Shown: positions 28,624-39,172, counted from the first letter of the stretch. The stretch is 64,000 bases of DNA from Candidatus Bathyarchaeota archaeon (GCA_963702095.1 OY969706.1:1824001-1888000), one strand, 5' to 3'. Program-made: numbers and translations. Notes: generated by a model from the letters alone, not told the origin.

Positions 28624-29058
28624 ATGGTGAATTTTTTGGGTTTAGGACAGAAACTCTTTGAAGGCAAAGGCAAAAGCGGATCAAGCTTCATCAAAGATGT
28701 GAGCATGGAGGGCGTGCGGCAGATTTATTCGTGGTCGGCTCAAGTTAAAGGCGCAGGAAGAGCGGCGGGCGTTGACTGCTTCATCACGGTGACAGCTAAG
28801 GGCATGACGCCGCCAAAAGGGCTTGGAGTAGCAAAGGACCAGGGTATCTTTAGGACTTCAACCGGCGATATGGGAACCGTAAAAGGCTTTGACGTTGCAA
28901 AGATGGTGGCGGGCAAAAACATGAGTGTTGGACTCTGGACTTTCATGACAATGTCGGACAGTCTTGCTTGGCTCAACGACACGATAGCCATCGTGACTTT
29001 TGAGGGCTTGGACCCGATGTGGCAGGAGTTTAAGATGGAAATTTGGGAGTGGACTTAG
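28624..29058 (+). CDS. hypothetical protein
   Basis: 144-aa beta-rich ORF ending in IWEW. Confidence 0.75.
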   Translation: MVNFLGLGQKLFEGKGKSGSSFIKDVSMEGVRQIYSWSAQVKGAGRAAGVDCFITVTAKGMTPPKGLGVAKDQGIFRTSTGDMGTVKGFDVAKMVAGKNMSVGLWTFMTMSDSLAWLNDTIAIVTFEGLDPMWQEFKMEIWEWT

Positions 29059-29132
29059 CGGGTTAACCCATTTTTCTCTTATTTTTTGTTTAATTAAAAA
29101 AATTTTTCGAGTGGGGTTGCTGTAGTTCGTTT

Positions 29133-29310
29133 GTCTCTTTTTGTGGGTGTGGTGGTTTGTGGGGTGCCACAAGACGGCAACTGAGGACGGTTGTGTTTTG
29201 GGGTTGCAATGGTTTTTGGCGTCTGTTTCGGTGTGGCATAACTGTTTTTTTCCATACCCCCTGCATGTCTTCATGTTGGCTGGGTCAGGTGTGGATGTGG
29301 GGGTATGTTG
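29133..29310 (-). repeat. dispersed repeat family 1, full-length diverged copy
   Basis: Reverse complement contains CCACACCGAAACAGACGC, TGCAACCCCAAAACACAACCG, GTCTTGTGGCACCCC and CCCACAAAAAGAGA. Confidence 0.9.
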
Positions 29311-29496
29311 AGTCTTCTTGAATTCACTTGTCGTCAAGGAACTGCACAAGATAACTGTACTCCAAAAATGAGGTTACAATTACTTAGCTAAAAAACTCCA
29401 AGAAACGTATGGTTTAACCGCACCTGCCCTTCCCTTATATGGCTATAAAAAAAGCTCATGCGCCCCATTTTAATTATGTGCTAAAAAATAATTGGT

Positions 29497-30033
29497 CTAT
29501 ATACTAAGATGGGTTTTGAATTGTCTAGGCTGCGGGGGCGGCGGAGGTATTTGAGTCTCTTGGAATAACTTTTCTTTGTCCCTATAACTTCTCGCTAAAT
29601 AGACTGCCGAAAGAATAATATTGCCAGCAACACAAAACAAAACAATTACAAAAGTACCATTAATGTAAGGGTAAGTTTTGATTGTGCCATCAATGTTTGC
29701 TTGCATGTTTAAGATAAAAAGGCTCCAAGACCCACTTAACCCGAAATCGCTTACAAAGCCCTCAAAAAGTTGCTTATCCATATCTATGAAAAGATTCACA
29801 ATCAATAAATTCACAATAACCGTGGACAGTATGGGTATGATGACCTGTTTGCACTTCCTAGTTTGCTGCTTAAACAATGCGCCTTCTGCTACACTCCAAA
29901 GTACCAATCCAAAAACTGCAATTATCATTGCCCAACCAGACAAATAAATAGAGAGAAAACTAACCGCAAATATTGCCACTAGAAAACCGATAACTGCGAA
30001 GGCGATTCCGACAAGAATTGTTGTCGTATTCAT
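29497..30033 (-). CDS. membrane protein
   Basis: About 5 hydrophobic helices and a poly-Pro tail. Confidence 0.7.
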   Translation of the reverse strand: MNTTTILVGIAFAVIGFLVAIFAVSFLSIYLSGWAMIIAVFGLVLWSVAEGALFKQQTRKCKQVIIPILSTVIVNLLIVNLFIDMDKQLFEGFVSDFGLSGSWSLFILNMQANIDGTIKTYPYINGTFVIVLFCVAGNIILSAVYLARSYRDKEKLFQETQIPPPPPQPRQFKTHLSI

Positions 30034-30125
30034 ATTTTCTTTTAATAAGGCAATTTAGTTTTAAGTTTTGCCATCGCTTTCTTTTCTAGAGCTTCTCAAA
30101 TTGTTTTTCGCTTTATATCAGGTTA

Positions 30126-31487
30126 TTATCCTGCAGTGCCGTAGCCGCTCACTGACACCGACGCATCAGTTGATGCTGTGCTGACTTTGGCATCAACGAG
30201 AATTGCCCAGATTATGCTCTGTGAGGCGTAGAGTTGCATCATTTCGTCGTCGTTTAGCCATGCAGATCCGCCGGAGGTAAAGATGCGGGTGACTGTGCTG
30301 GAGATGGTGTTATCGATGTATTCTATTCTGATTCGCACAGTTACGGTTTCGTTGTGGCTGAAGCTGCCTGATACAGTGATTTCTGGTTTGAAATTAAAGA
30401 TTTTTAGCGGTTTATCCTCTATGCTTACGTTACCGCCATATTGTCCATTGACGCCAACGGGGACTGAGACGCCACTGCGTTCAAAGACGCTGCCGACACC
30501 TAAAATCCATGTGCCGTAGGGGTTGTGGATTCGGGCGGTCCAGTTGCCGAGGAAGCTTACGCCGCCGTCGAGGATGGGTGCGGGGTCGCAGGTTTTGCCT
30601 ATGTCGATGGCGAACATATAGATGGGGTCGTTTGTGAAGGATTCGAAGACTACTCCGAAGAGCAAGGTTTGGTACATGGAGCCGTCTACTTGCAGGGCGG
30701 TTTGGTTGGCGCGCCCATTTTCACCCATCCAGAAACGGACATCTTGGATTTGACTGTCCGAGAATTCTGCTTTAGCTTCAACTTTTATGCCGACACAAAA
30801 ATTGGGGATGTTGAAGCTGCAGCGTTCGATTATGGAGCTTGCGTAGGAGCCTGTGGCTTGGCCTGTTTGGTTCTGCGGGGTCCGGAAGGCGATGCCTTCG
30901 GTGTCGTTGATGAATTGGCAGTTTTCGATTTTGTTGTATTCGCTCCATGTGTTGCTGTTTTGGAATTCGATGCCTGTAGTGGAGTTAATGAATTTTGTGT
31001 CGGTTATGGTTGTGGCGAACGAGTTTTCAACCCTGACCGTGGCGTTGTTTAAGGTTAGACCCGAAATAAGAGTGTACTGTGAAGCTGTATAATTGTCGCC
31101 ATAGATGACGATTTTGTGTCCGTTGCCGTTTATGGTTGCGCCGTCGCTGACGAGTTTGGCGTTTAGCTTGTTGGTGATGTATACGTCGTCGGTTAAGGTG
31201 TAGGTGCCGGGGTTGAGGTAGACCGATTTGCCCTCTGACATCGCCGAGTTAATGGCGGAAGATGCACTGGCGGGCTGGTCCACGACGTAGCCTGTGACCA
31301 TGTTTTTGAGTCGGTAGTTGCCGCCGTCTTGGCTAAGCACATAGTCGTAGTTTACTACGTTGGTGCTCATTGCTTGGTGGGTGCTGTCCAAAATGAGGTA
31401 TGTGTTGAGGACACAGAGTACAAGCACAACTAAGAGAACAACTGCGATGGCACGTGTGGAAAACAGTTTCTTTAGGGAACTTTTCAT
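30126..31487 (-). CDS. secreted/anchored right-handed beta-helix (pectin-lyase-like) protein
   Basis: N-terminal TM helix, AINSA.....VYL.PGTY, and Asn-rich I.NC.F / GI repeats. Confidence 0.75.
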   Translation of the reverse strand: MKSSLKKLFSTRAIAVVLLVVLVLCVLNTYLILDSTHQAMSTNVVNYDYVLSQDGGNYRLKNMVTGYVVDQPASASSAINSAMSEGKSVYLNPGTYTLTDDVYITNKLNAKLVSDGATINGNGHKIVIYGDNYTASQYTLISGLTLNNATVRVENSFATTITDTKFINSTTGIEFQNSNTWSEYNKIENCQFINDTEGIAFRTPQNQTGQATGSYASSIIERCSFNIPNFCVGIKVEAKAEFSDSQIQDVRFWMGENGRANQTALQVDGSMYQTLLFGVVFESFTNDPIYMFAIDIGKTCDPAPILDGGVSFLGNWTARIHNPYGTWILGVGSVFERSGVSVPVGVNGQYGGNVSIEDKPLKIFNFKPEITVSGSFSHNETVTVRIRIEYIDNTISSTVTRIFTSGGSAWLNDDEMMQLYASQSIIWAILVDAKVSTASTDASVSVSGYGTAG

Positions 31488-31661
31488 TTTTCCTGATCCA
31501 AGGGGAGTTTAGTTAGATGTACCAAGCAACGTTAATTAAATTTATTGATAAACCGCTCAGGCAGCGCTTATCCCTATAACCTCCTTTCCAAGGCATCCTG
31601 CCGCTAATTTTTACCTCATACACAAACCATGGAAACTGCGCTCAAAAAAGGGATATTTGAA

Positions 31662-31904
31662 TTAGCGTTTTAGGAAGGATCGGATCTCGCGTTGATAGAA
31701 GTAGAGGAAATACATTACGGTGAATCCGGTCAAACATAACTCGAGCGTAAGGATAGCTGAGTTATTCTCTATCGCCCTGAAGTAGCCTTGCTGAAGTATG
31801 TTAGTGAACACTAGAACTTGAATGAAGATTGCTCCACCTAGGCAGCTTAAGCCTACACTGTGGAATACAAGGCGCAACCTGTTTAATGTGGTGTTAGTCA
31901 TCAT
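31662..31904 (-). CDS. small 2-TM membrane protein
   Basis: Two hydrophobic helices; co-oriented within a cluster. Confidence 0.65.
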   Translation of the reverse strand: MMTNTTLNRLRLVFHSVGLSCLGGAIFIQVLVFTNILQQGYFRAIENNSAILTLELCLTGFTVMYFLYFYQREIRSFLKR

Positions 31905-32015
31905 AACTTATCAACCTCACCATAAATATTGAGATACAAGACAAAAATACATATAGCTTGTTAGCGGCAAAACATAATTCAGCCTACAGATCAAAACTAA
32001 GCAGCCACTTTGCGG

Positions 32016-32786
32016 CTAAACACTCAAACCATCAACTTTAAGCACACTTTCGATTTTATTAATAATCAACGGTTGCGGCACCACTACGGTTTTGCAGTTA
32101 TCCATCACACCTCCCTTGAGCAGTATCTCCATAGTTTGGGGGCCTTCGTTAAACAGTAAATCAATTATGGACATATTAGGTTGGAAACCCTCGAATCTTT
32201 GCCGATAGACAGGGTGCACGTAGTTGTGCCATTGCACTTCGATGTTTGCGGCGGTGAAGAGTGTTTCGTCGACGTAGTTTTTGCCGCCTGACCCCGAAAG
32301 GTAAACGTCGGCGCCCAAAAACTTGCACATCGAGACCAGTTTCTCGTTTTTTTCTTTTCCAGCGTAGGGGAATTCTGAGGAACGCATCATTTTGGCTTTT
32401 ATGCCAAGCAGTTCAGCGATGGCTTTTATGAGATGCAGATTTAACCCGATTAACAATTCGTGGTTGAAGTTTATGGCGTCTTTTATTATGGGATAGTACA
32501 TTTGGAAGTAGGGGGTTTTCTCGTAGTTGCTGACTATGAGGTTTAATTGTTTGTTTTTCCATTGGTCGCCTGAGATTTTGACGTCTTTTATGGTTTGGGG
32601 GTGACCGTGGATTATGGGCACGGTTAACCAGTCCCATCCCTGCAGGGTTCGGATGCGGTTGCGGTTGTGGAAACCGCCGTGCTGGTACTGTGCATCATCG
32701 TAGATGACAAATGTGTCGCATCTGGCAAGCTTGTCAAAGAAGCCCAGCCAGGGAATGTATTCGGGTTGATGTACAAAAATAATCAT
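32016..32786 (-). CDS. WbqC family protein
   Basis: HQP.YIPWLGFFDK, D.FV.YDDAQY....NRNRI, YLSG.GG..Y, Y.HP.Y.Q and SIIDLLFNEG. Confidence 0.93.
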   Translation of the reverse strand: MIIFVHQPEYIPWLGFFDKLARCDTFVIYDDAQYQHGGFHNRNRIRTLQGWDWLTVPIIHGHPQTIKDVKISGDQWKNKQLNLIVSNYEKTPYFQMYYPIIKDAINFNHELLIGLNLHLIKAIAELLGIKAKMMRSSEFPYAGKEKNEKLVSMCKFLGADVYLSGSGGKNYVDETLFTAANIEVQWHNYVHPVYRQRFEGFQPNMSIIDLLFNEGPQTMEILLKGGVMDNCKTVVVPQPLIINKIESVLKVDGLSV

Positions 32787-33095
32787 CTGTTTACTCCTCA
32801 GGGAAAAGCCTCACTGTTTAGCAGCATAGTAGTATTGTGTCAAACCGTCGAAAAGTAGCTTCTACCAATGTATTGTGGGTCAAAGAGGGAAATAAAAATA
32901 ATGGGGGCTTAGGAGTAGTCATAATGGAGACTCAGGGGTAATTTACGCCACTTTTTTGGGGTCTTCGATGTCTTTAACTGAAACGTCAGGATAAGTTGTT
33001 GTAAATTATTGCCTTTCAAACAATCAACCTCGCCGATAATGGATGAAGTTCGAAATTATAAGCAATAGTTGTACCCCATCTGATGCCACAGAAAT

Positions 33096-34244
33096 CTATT
33101 GGAGGCTGGCGGCGGCTTCACTGAGCAGTTTACGCACGGGCAGATGCTGCGGACAGATGGCTTCGCATTGTCCACAGTGAAGGCAGGCGTTTGCACGCTG
33201 TTCCTCGGGCACCGCAGCGAGGTAGCGGCGTTTGATTTCTTGTTGAACCGCTGGTTCCCGACGTTTCGTCGAATACTCGTTAAGATACGCCAACGTGAGG
33301 GGTATGTCTATGCTTTGGGGGCAGTGGCTGCAGTAGTGGCATTTGGTGCAGCCGATGTAGCCGTATTTCTGGAAAAGCTCCCTTGACCGCCTGAGCGCGG
33401 AGAGTTCTTTTTGAGTCAACGTGTTTGGTCCGCTGCGGTCTGCACACGCCAAGTTTTCCTCTACCTGCGCCATCGAATTCATGCCGCTAAGCGCCAAAGA
33501 CACCTCAGGCTGATTCCAAACCCACTGTAGCCCCCAATCGGGCGGGCTCCGTTTTACCCCTGTTTTGTCCCATTCTGCTTGGATTTCGGCGGGCGGCGGC
33601 ACCGCGAGTAAGCCTCCGGCAAGTGGCTCCATAATCACCACTGCCAATCCCCGATCTGCAGCGTATTTTAAGCCGTTTTTACCTGCCTGATAGTGCTCGT
33701 CTAAGTAGTTGTATTGTATCTGGCAAAACGTCCAGTCGGAGTAGCCATCCACTATTTCTTTGAAGACTCCAAAGTCATCATGGAAACTGAAGCCCAAATA
33801 GCGGATTCTGCCCCTATCGATTTGGCGCTCTGCCCACTCAATCATGCCTAACTCTTTGACTTTAAGCCATGATTCTTTGGTTAGCGCGTGAAGCAGGTAG
33901 AAGTCGATGAAGTCGGTGTTTAACCGTTGCAGCTCCGTGTTTAGGATGCCGTCGAGTTCACTGCGGCTCTGGACTGAGAAAACGGGCATTTTCGTGGCGA
34001 TTTTGGCTTTGCCCCGGTACTTGCCTTGGAGCGCTTTGCCGATGGCGACTTCGCTGTTACCGTCGTGGTACACGTAAGCAGTGTCGATGTAGTTGACTCC
34101 GTGATCGATGGCGTACCGAATGAGTTTAATGGCTTCCGCTTCATTTACAGTCGCTTGGTCACCGCCGATGATGGGCAGCCGCATTGCGCCAAAACCCAAC
34201 GCAGAGGGCTTCCAATCCAGTTTCCCAAAAGAACGGTACTGCAT
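33096..34244 (-). CDS. aldo/keto reductase with C-terminal 4Fe-4S dicluster domain
   Basis: LGFGAMRLP, DTAY.YH, GFSFH, MEPL.GG; CxxCxxCxxCP and CxxCxxCxxxCP. Confidence 0.93.
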   Translation of the reverse strand: MQYRSFGKLDWKPSALGFGAMRLPIIGGDQATVNEAEAIKLIRYAIDHGVNYIDTAYVYHDGNSEVAIGKALQGKYRGKAKIATKMPVFSVQSRSELDGILNTELQRLNTDFIDFYLLHALTKESWLKVKELGMIEWAERQIDRGRIRYLGFSFHDDFGVFKEIVDGYSDWTFCQIQYNYLDEHYQAGKNGLKYAADRGLAVVIMEPLAGGLLAVPPPAEIQAEWDKTGVKRSPPDWGLQWVWNQPEVSLALSGMNSMAQVEENLACADRSGPNTLTQKELSALRRSRELFQKYGYIGCTKCHYCSHCPQSIDIPLTLAYLNEYSTKRREPAVQQEIKRRYLAAVPEEQRANACLHCGQCEAICPQHLPVRKLLSEAAASLQ

Positions 34245-34342
34245 AAGAACACCGAAGAAACTACCCGTTGGAGCCCTTTAATAGTTTGGTGTAGCCGCAA
34301 GGCAACATCTAAGTCAAAAAAAGCCCTGATTCTCAGTCAATA

Positions 34343-34404
34343 TTTTTTTCTCTTTATGTGGGTGTGGCGTTTTGCGGGGTACCACAAGACGGCAACTGAA
34401 ACGG
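34343..34404 (-). repeat. dispersed repeat family 1, 3'-end-only copy
   Basis: Plus strand TTTTTTTCTCTTTATGTGGGTGTGG...CCACAAGACGGCAACTGA; the last 18 nt are identical to the 29.1-kb copy. Confidence 0.85.
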
Positions 34405-34426
34405 CACCACTAACCAAGTAGACTCT

Positions 34427-34585
34427 ATGGATCAGCTTTCACCTGTTATGCAGCAGATTGGTATGCTTAACCTGCGCATTAACGATATGATGACTCAGCT
34501 TAATTCCGTCATGAAAGCTTTAATGGATGAGAATGCTGCCCTCAAAAAAGAAAACTCTGATCTGAAGACTAAAGCGGAGAATTAG
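34427..34585 (+). CDS. 52-aa coiled-coil microprotein (not in ORF track)
   Basis: Hand translation gives MDQLSPVMQQIGMLNLRINDMMTQLNSVMKALMDENAALKKENSDLKTKAEN*, with a heptad pattern and a T-rich tract after the stop. Confidence 0.65.
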   Translation: MDQLSPVMQQIGMLNLRINDMMTQLNSVMKALMDENAALKKENSDLKTKAEN

Positions 34586-34710
34586 CAAGTTTTGCTTAAC
34601 CAAGCTTTTCTTTTTATTCTTTTATTTCGTCGCCATAACCCTTTTCCAGATTGCGGCAGCTTTTGGCTAACAAGTAAACTTTATAACGCATAGATGGGCC
34701 AAGTTTTGTT

Positions 34711-35549
34711 ATGGTTCGCATTGGCAAATATCTCACACTAATCTTAATGATAGGGTCACAATCTCTATTCTGCTAATGGTTGTACATACTAATGCACAGA
34801 TAGTAACTAAACCATCTGTTCCAACCTTCACTATTGCGTTAGCAAACCATCCTCATTATGTAGAACGCACTTATGGAGTTGACCAATACACTGGAGCGAC
34901 TATTGTTAGGGGCGGTTACTCTGTAGATAATAAAACCATTGATGTTTCCATTAATAATCAACAATTTACTTCTTTCGTAGATTCAAAGGGTAATCAAGTG
35001 AATCTGTACTATAACATACGTGTTAAGGGACACTTTGGTCAAGACTTAGATTGGAAGGAACTTTACTCGCCATATTCACAGATACAAAGAGAAGGCGTTC
35101 AGTATACCTGTGATATAGGGCCAATCCAATCAGCTACCCAAAATACCGTAATATCAATTCCAGCAAATTATCCATCTAACTCACAGTTAGACATTCAAGT
35201 GCAAGCACTTGAGGGATATTACACACAATACTATCCATATGCTGGTGTAAGCGGATACGGGTGGCGTTTTACCGGGGAAGCAAGCGATTGGAGCAACACA
35301 CAAGCAATAACTATTGATGAGAGCACTCCCCTGATTACTCCTAATGCATCTTTACCACCACAAAGTGTATCGCCCCCTGAAATTCAAAGCTCAGTAGCAC
35401 CCTCCACGTCTGGTCCTCAAAGTGTGGCTAAGCTAAGTCCAGATTGGACACCTATTGCCATGTTTGCCTTACTTGTTATTATTGCTGTTCTGCTTGTTTT
35501 TGCAGTTGTATTTCTGTATAAGCGGAGAGTAAAAGAAGAAAAACGCTGA
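34711..35549 (+). CDS. secreted, C-terminally anchored protein (apparent frameshift in the signal peptide)
   Basis: Main ORF 34776-35549 has KPSVP.FT, LYYN.RVKGHF, D.QVQA..G, SDWSNTQ.I.I, a Pro/Ser linker and a TM helix. ATG 34711 (MVRIGKYLTLILMI) supplies the n-region in another frame. Confidence 0.75.
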
Positions 35550-35723
35550 GATAACCCTTTAAGAAAAATAGCCTGCTGATCAGCTCTAGATGGCTATCGA
35601 CAAAATAGTTGGAGAATTTAGCAAAGTCGCCTGGTTATAGTTTACGTTTGAGGGCTTAAAATGTTTATTAAGATACATTTGGGGGCTTGAATGCTAAATA
35701 AAAAGTAGATAAGGGAAAAGAGT

Positions 35724-36692
35724 TTAGTTTGTGCCTGTTTGGCAGCGTAGCAGCAGTTTTTCCCAGCGTGCGTCTGTTTCGCGTTGTAATTCGTCGATGA
35801 TGTGGCTGTTCTTCGGCGTGAAGAGGTGACGGAATCTGCCTTGCCCTTGAAGGTAGTCTTTGATGGGCTTCTTTTTCTGTGGTGCCAGCGAGATGACTTT
35901 GCTGGGTATTGAGAGTTGGCGTTTGCCGTTTACTGCTTCCCAAATGGGGAACACACAGGACTCCACTGCCAACTTGGAATACTCCATTGTCTTTGCTGGG
36001 TCTGTTCTCCAGCCTCTGGGACAGGGAGAAAACAAGTGCAGAAACGCGGGTCCCTCGACTTCTAAGCCTTTGCGGACTTTGGTCAGCATGTCTTTCCAGT
36101 AGTAGGGTGTTGCAGTAGCTACATACTCCATTTCATGTGCCAACATTATTTCGGTGATGGGCTTCTTTTTCTCGAGTTTGCCAGGGATCACTTTGCCAGC
36201 GGGGGTGGTTGTGGTTGCTGCGCCGGTGGGTGTGCCGCCGCTGCGTTGGATGCCAGTGTTCATGTAGCCTTCGTTGTCGTAGAGCACAAAGAGGAAGTCG
36301 TGTCCACGTTCAACTGCTCCGGAGAGGGCTTGCAGTCCGATGTCGAAAGTGCCTCCGTCGCCTGCAATCGCTATAATGTCGATGTGTTCTTTGATTTTTC
36401 CTTTCTTCTGCAGAGCTTTCAATGCGGCGTCGATGCCAGAGGCGTTTGCCGCTGCGTTCTCAAAAGCTGTGTGTATCCAAGGTACTGCCCATGAAGTGTA
36501 GGGGTAAATCGATGAAACGACTTCCATACAGCCTGTTGCTTGAGTTACGATTGTTGGTCCACGGGTGGCTTTCATGATGAGGCGGAGCGCTGAAGCTGGT
36601 CCGCAGCCTGCGCAGGCTCGGTGTCCCGAGAGGAACAGGTCGGGTTTGTTTGCGATGTCTTTGGCTGTGAATTTCCATTCTTGAGTTGTCAT
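35724..36692 (-). CDS. porB: pyruvate/2-oxoacid:ferredoxin oxidoreductase beta subunit
   Basis: GHRACAGCG, ATGC.EV, GDGG..DIG.Q, YDNE.YMNTG.QRS, PCP.GW. Confidence 0.95.
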   Translation of the reverse strand: MTTQEWKFTAKDIANKPDLFLSGHRACAGCGPASALRLIMKATRGPTIVTQATGCMEVVSSIYPYTSWAVPWIHTAFENAAANASGIDAALKALQKKGKIKEHIDIIAIAGDGGTFDIGLQALSGAVERGHDFLFVLYDNEGYMNTGIQRSGGTPTGAATTTTPAGKVIPGKLEKKKPITEIMLAHEMEYVATATPYYWKDMLTKVRKGLEVEGPAFLHLFSPCPRGWRTDPAKTMEYSKLAVESCVFPIWEAVNGKRQLSIPSKVISLAPQKKKPIKDYLQGQGRFRHLFTPKNSHIIDELQRETDARWEKLLLRCQTGTN

Positions 36693-36706
36693 CTTGTTTT
36701 CCTCCT

Positions 36707-37942
36707 CTACTCCCTCAACCCTAAGTAACGCACTTGGGTATCCATTTTACCGGTTTTAACGATTCGCATTAGATCTTCGAAGACTTTGCGTAATTCATGG
36801 GTGCTGTAGTCTCTTCCGCCTAACCCATAGATGTAGTTTATGACTGGAGGACGGGTTGCCGTGTCATAGAGCACATGGTGTATTTCGTGGAAGACTGCGC
36901 CGCCGTAGCCGCCGAAGCTCATGCTTTTATCCATGACAGCGATGGCTTTGGCGTTCTTCAGTGCGTTCTGTAGCTCTTCGACTGGCAGTGGCCTAAACGT
37001 ACGTAGACGCAGAAGCCCTGCTTTCACACCTTCCGCGCGTAGTTCGTCAACGATTACTTTTAGGGTTCCAGAAGTGGAGCCAACACAGACTACAACGATC
37101 TCTGCGTCTGAAACCTGATAGGGGTCAATCAAGCCGTTGCCGTAGCTTCTTCCACTGATCTTTGCGTATTCACTGTTGACTTCCTGTATTCGTTTTAGAG
37201 CGTTTTTCATGCCTTCTTCTTGTTGACGCTTGAACTCGAAGTAGTAGTTTTGGAATGCAACGGGCCCCATAGTCATCGGGTTGGAGGGGTCAAGTTTGAA
37301 CGGTACTGTTTTGCCTTCTTGGTTAGTAACCATTGGAAGCTGCCTTTCACCCACGAACTGTTTAACTAAGTCGTCTGGGAGGATGTTTACGTTTTCAAGT
37401 GAATGGCTCAGGGTGAATCCGTCTAAACATACCATAATCGGCAAGGAGACGCCGAAGGCTTCGGCTATTTTGAATGCTTGCACAACAGAGTCGTAGGCTT
37501 CCTGAGCGTTCTCAACGTAGATTTGTATCCATCCGCTGTCTCTTGCAGCCATACTGTCCGATTGGTCGCCGTGAATGTTTAGCGGTGAAGACAGGGCACG
37601 GTTTGCGATTGCCATGACAACAGGTACACGGGAACCTGAAGCGACAAAAAGCATTTCATGCATCAAAGCTAAACCTGCTGAAGCGCTGGCTGTGAAAGTT
37701 CTGGCGCCTGTTGCAGCGGCGGCGATGCATGCGGTCATTGCGCTGTGTTCGGATTCTGTGCATACAAACTGTGTTGGAACTTCCCCGTTTGCGACGTATT
37801 CGCTGAATTTTTCAACGATGATGGTTTGTGGAGTAATTGGGTAAGCTGCAACAACGTCAACGTCACATTGTTTAGCAGCAAAGGCGACCGCTTCGTCGCC
37901 GTTGAACGGCATCGTTACTTGTTTAGTTTGCTGTTGAGTCAT
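36707..37942 (-). CDS. porA: pyruvate/2-oxoacid:ferredoxin oxidoreductase alpha subunit
   Basis: AAYPITPQT, ESEHSA, ANRALS.P..I..D, DGF.LSH, GLGGRD. Confidence 0.95.
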   Translation of the reverse strand: MTQQQTKQVTMPFNGDEAVAFAAKQCDVDVVAAYPITPQTIIVEKFSEYVANGEVPTQFVCTESEHSAMTACIAAAATGARTFTASASAGLALMHEMLFVASGSRVPVVMAIANRALSSPLNIHGDQSDSMAARDSGWIQIYVENAQEAYDSVVQAFKIAEAFGVSLPIMVCLDGFTLSHSLENVNILPDDLVKQFVGERQLPMVTNQEGKTVPFKLDPSNPMTMGPVAFQNYYFEFKRQQEEGMKNALKRIQEVNSEYAKISGRSYGNGLIDPYQVSDAEIVVVCVGSTSGTLKVIVDELRAEGVKAGLLRLRTFRPLPVEELQNALKNAKAIAVMDKSMSFGGYGGAVFHEIHHVLYDTATRPPVINYIYGLGGRDYSTHELRKVFEDLMRIVKTGKMDTQVRYLGLRE

Positions 37943-37943
37943 T

Positions 37944-38234
37944 TTATTCCGCCTCTTCATCTTCTATTTTCATAGTAATCGCCTTGGTTGGGCATTCGTT
38001 AGCGCATATTCCGCAGCCCTTGCAGAACGCCATGTCAAACTTGATTTTGCCCTGTTCAGGACGCCAATTAATCGCGCCTTCAGGACACAGCATTACACAT
38101 GTTAGGCAAGTAGTGCATTTTTCTAGGTCACGTATAGGCATGTAAGTTTTCCAGTCGCCAGTCATGAAGCCGATGCTGGATTTGGGGCAGACTCCAGCTA
38201 TTGAGATTTCTTTCCAACCCTTTTCTTTGCTCAT
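37944..38234 (-). CDS. porD: pyruvate/2-oxoacid:ferredoxin oxidoreductase delta subunit (2x[4Fe-4S])
   Basis: TG.WK...P, CxxCxxCxxxCP and CKGCGICANECP. Confidence 0.95.
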   Translation of the reverse strand: MSKEKGWKEISIAGVCPKSSIGFMTGDWKTYMPIRDLEKCTTCLTCVMLCPEGAINWRPEQGKIKFDMAFCKGCGICANECPTKAITMKIEDEEAE

Positions 38235-38794
38235 TCAGTTTTTGCCTCCTTGAATGCTTCTTGGATAACTGCAAAGTTTTTCTCTGCCAAGTCAGGGCGG
38301 AAACGGGACTTCAAAGTTTTCTCAATACCTTCTAAAGTCACGATTTCTGTTGCTTTAGCAACTACTCCTAACAGTGCCGTGTTTGTTATTGGGGCACCCA
38401 AAATCTTAAGAGCAATCGCGGTTGCGGGGACTGTCCACACTTTTCCTTTGACGACTCTTAGGTTTTCTTTTAGTTTGGCGGGTTCCTCGTTCGAGTTAAT
38501 AATTAAACAATCTTCTTCACGGTTTAATCCAGCAGTTACAGGGACAGTTTTTAGCAAAGTATCATCTAAAACCACCACAACGTCTGGATCATAGACTGCA
38601 CAATGCAACCTTATGGGGTCAGTGCTGATTCGGGTAAACGCGGTTACCGGGGCACCCATTCTCTCTGGCCCAAACTCTGGGAAAGATTGAATGTACTTGC
38701 CTTCGTCAAGCGCTGTTCTGGCCAAAAGTTCACTGGCAGTCCAAGCGCCCTGACCGCCTCTACCATGCCATCTAAACTCTACCATAGTTTTCAA
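38231..38794 (-). CDS. porG: pyruvate/2-oxoacid:ferredoxin oxidoreductase gamma subunit
   Basis: RWHGRGGQG, FPEFGPERMGAPV. Confidence 0.95.
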   Translation of the reverse strand: MKTMVEFRWHGRGGQGAWTASELLARTALDEGKYIQSFPEFGPERMGAPVTAFTRISTDPIRLHCAVYDPDVVVVLDDTLLKTVPVTAGLNREEDCLIINSNEEPAKLKENLRVVKGKVWTVPATAIALKILGAPITNTALLGVVAKATEIVTLEGIEKTLKSRFRPDLAEKNFAVIQEAFKEAKTE

Positions 38795-39172
38795 AGCAAT
38801 CCCTTCATTAAAGTATTGGTCAGTAAAACTGGCGTATCTCTTTGATATACATTTTTCTAGGGAAAAGTTAAAAACATGCCTATTAAATGTAAAAAATTGG
38901 AGGACAGGCGTTTACATAAAAACCGATTGCGCAAAGTTTAACGGAAACCACTACTTAGGGATAGAAAAATCATTCAGTATTTAAATTTTTTATGGAAAGA
39001 CAACGAAGAACACTTTGAAGAGGTGGAGCTTCCTGCCTGATAAAAAGGTGCCTAATAAGCCAGTTAGCATTCAGCGGTCTGATGTAGAGACATGAAAACT
39101 ACGATAGAGTTATATTTCCCAAATGATGACAGAATTTCACTTAATAAGTTAGTTTTAAAGGAGATGAGCCCT

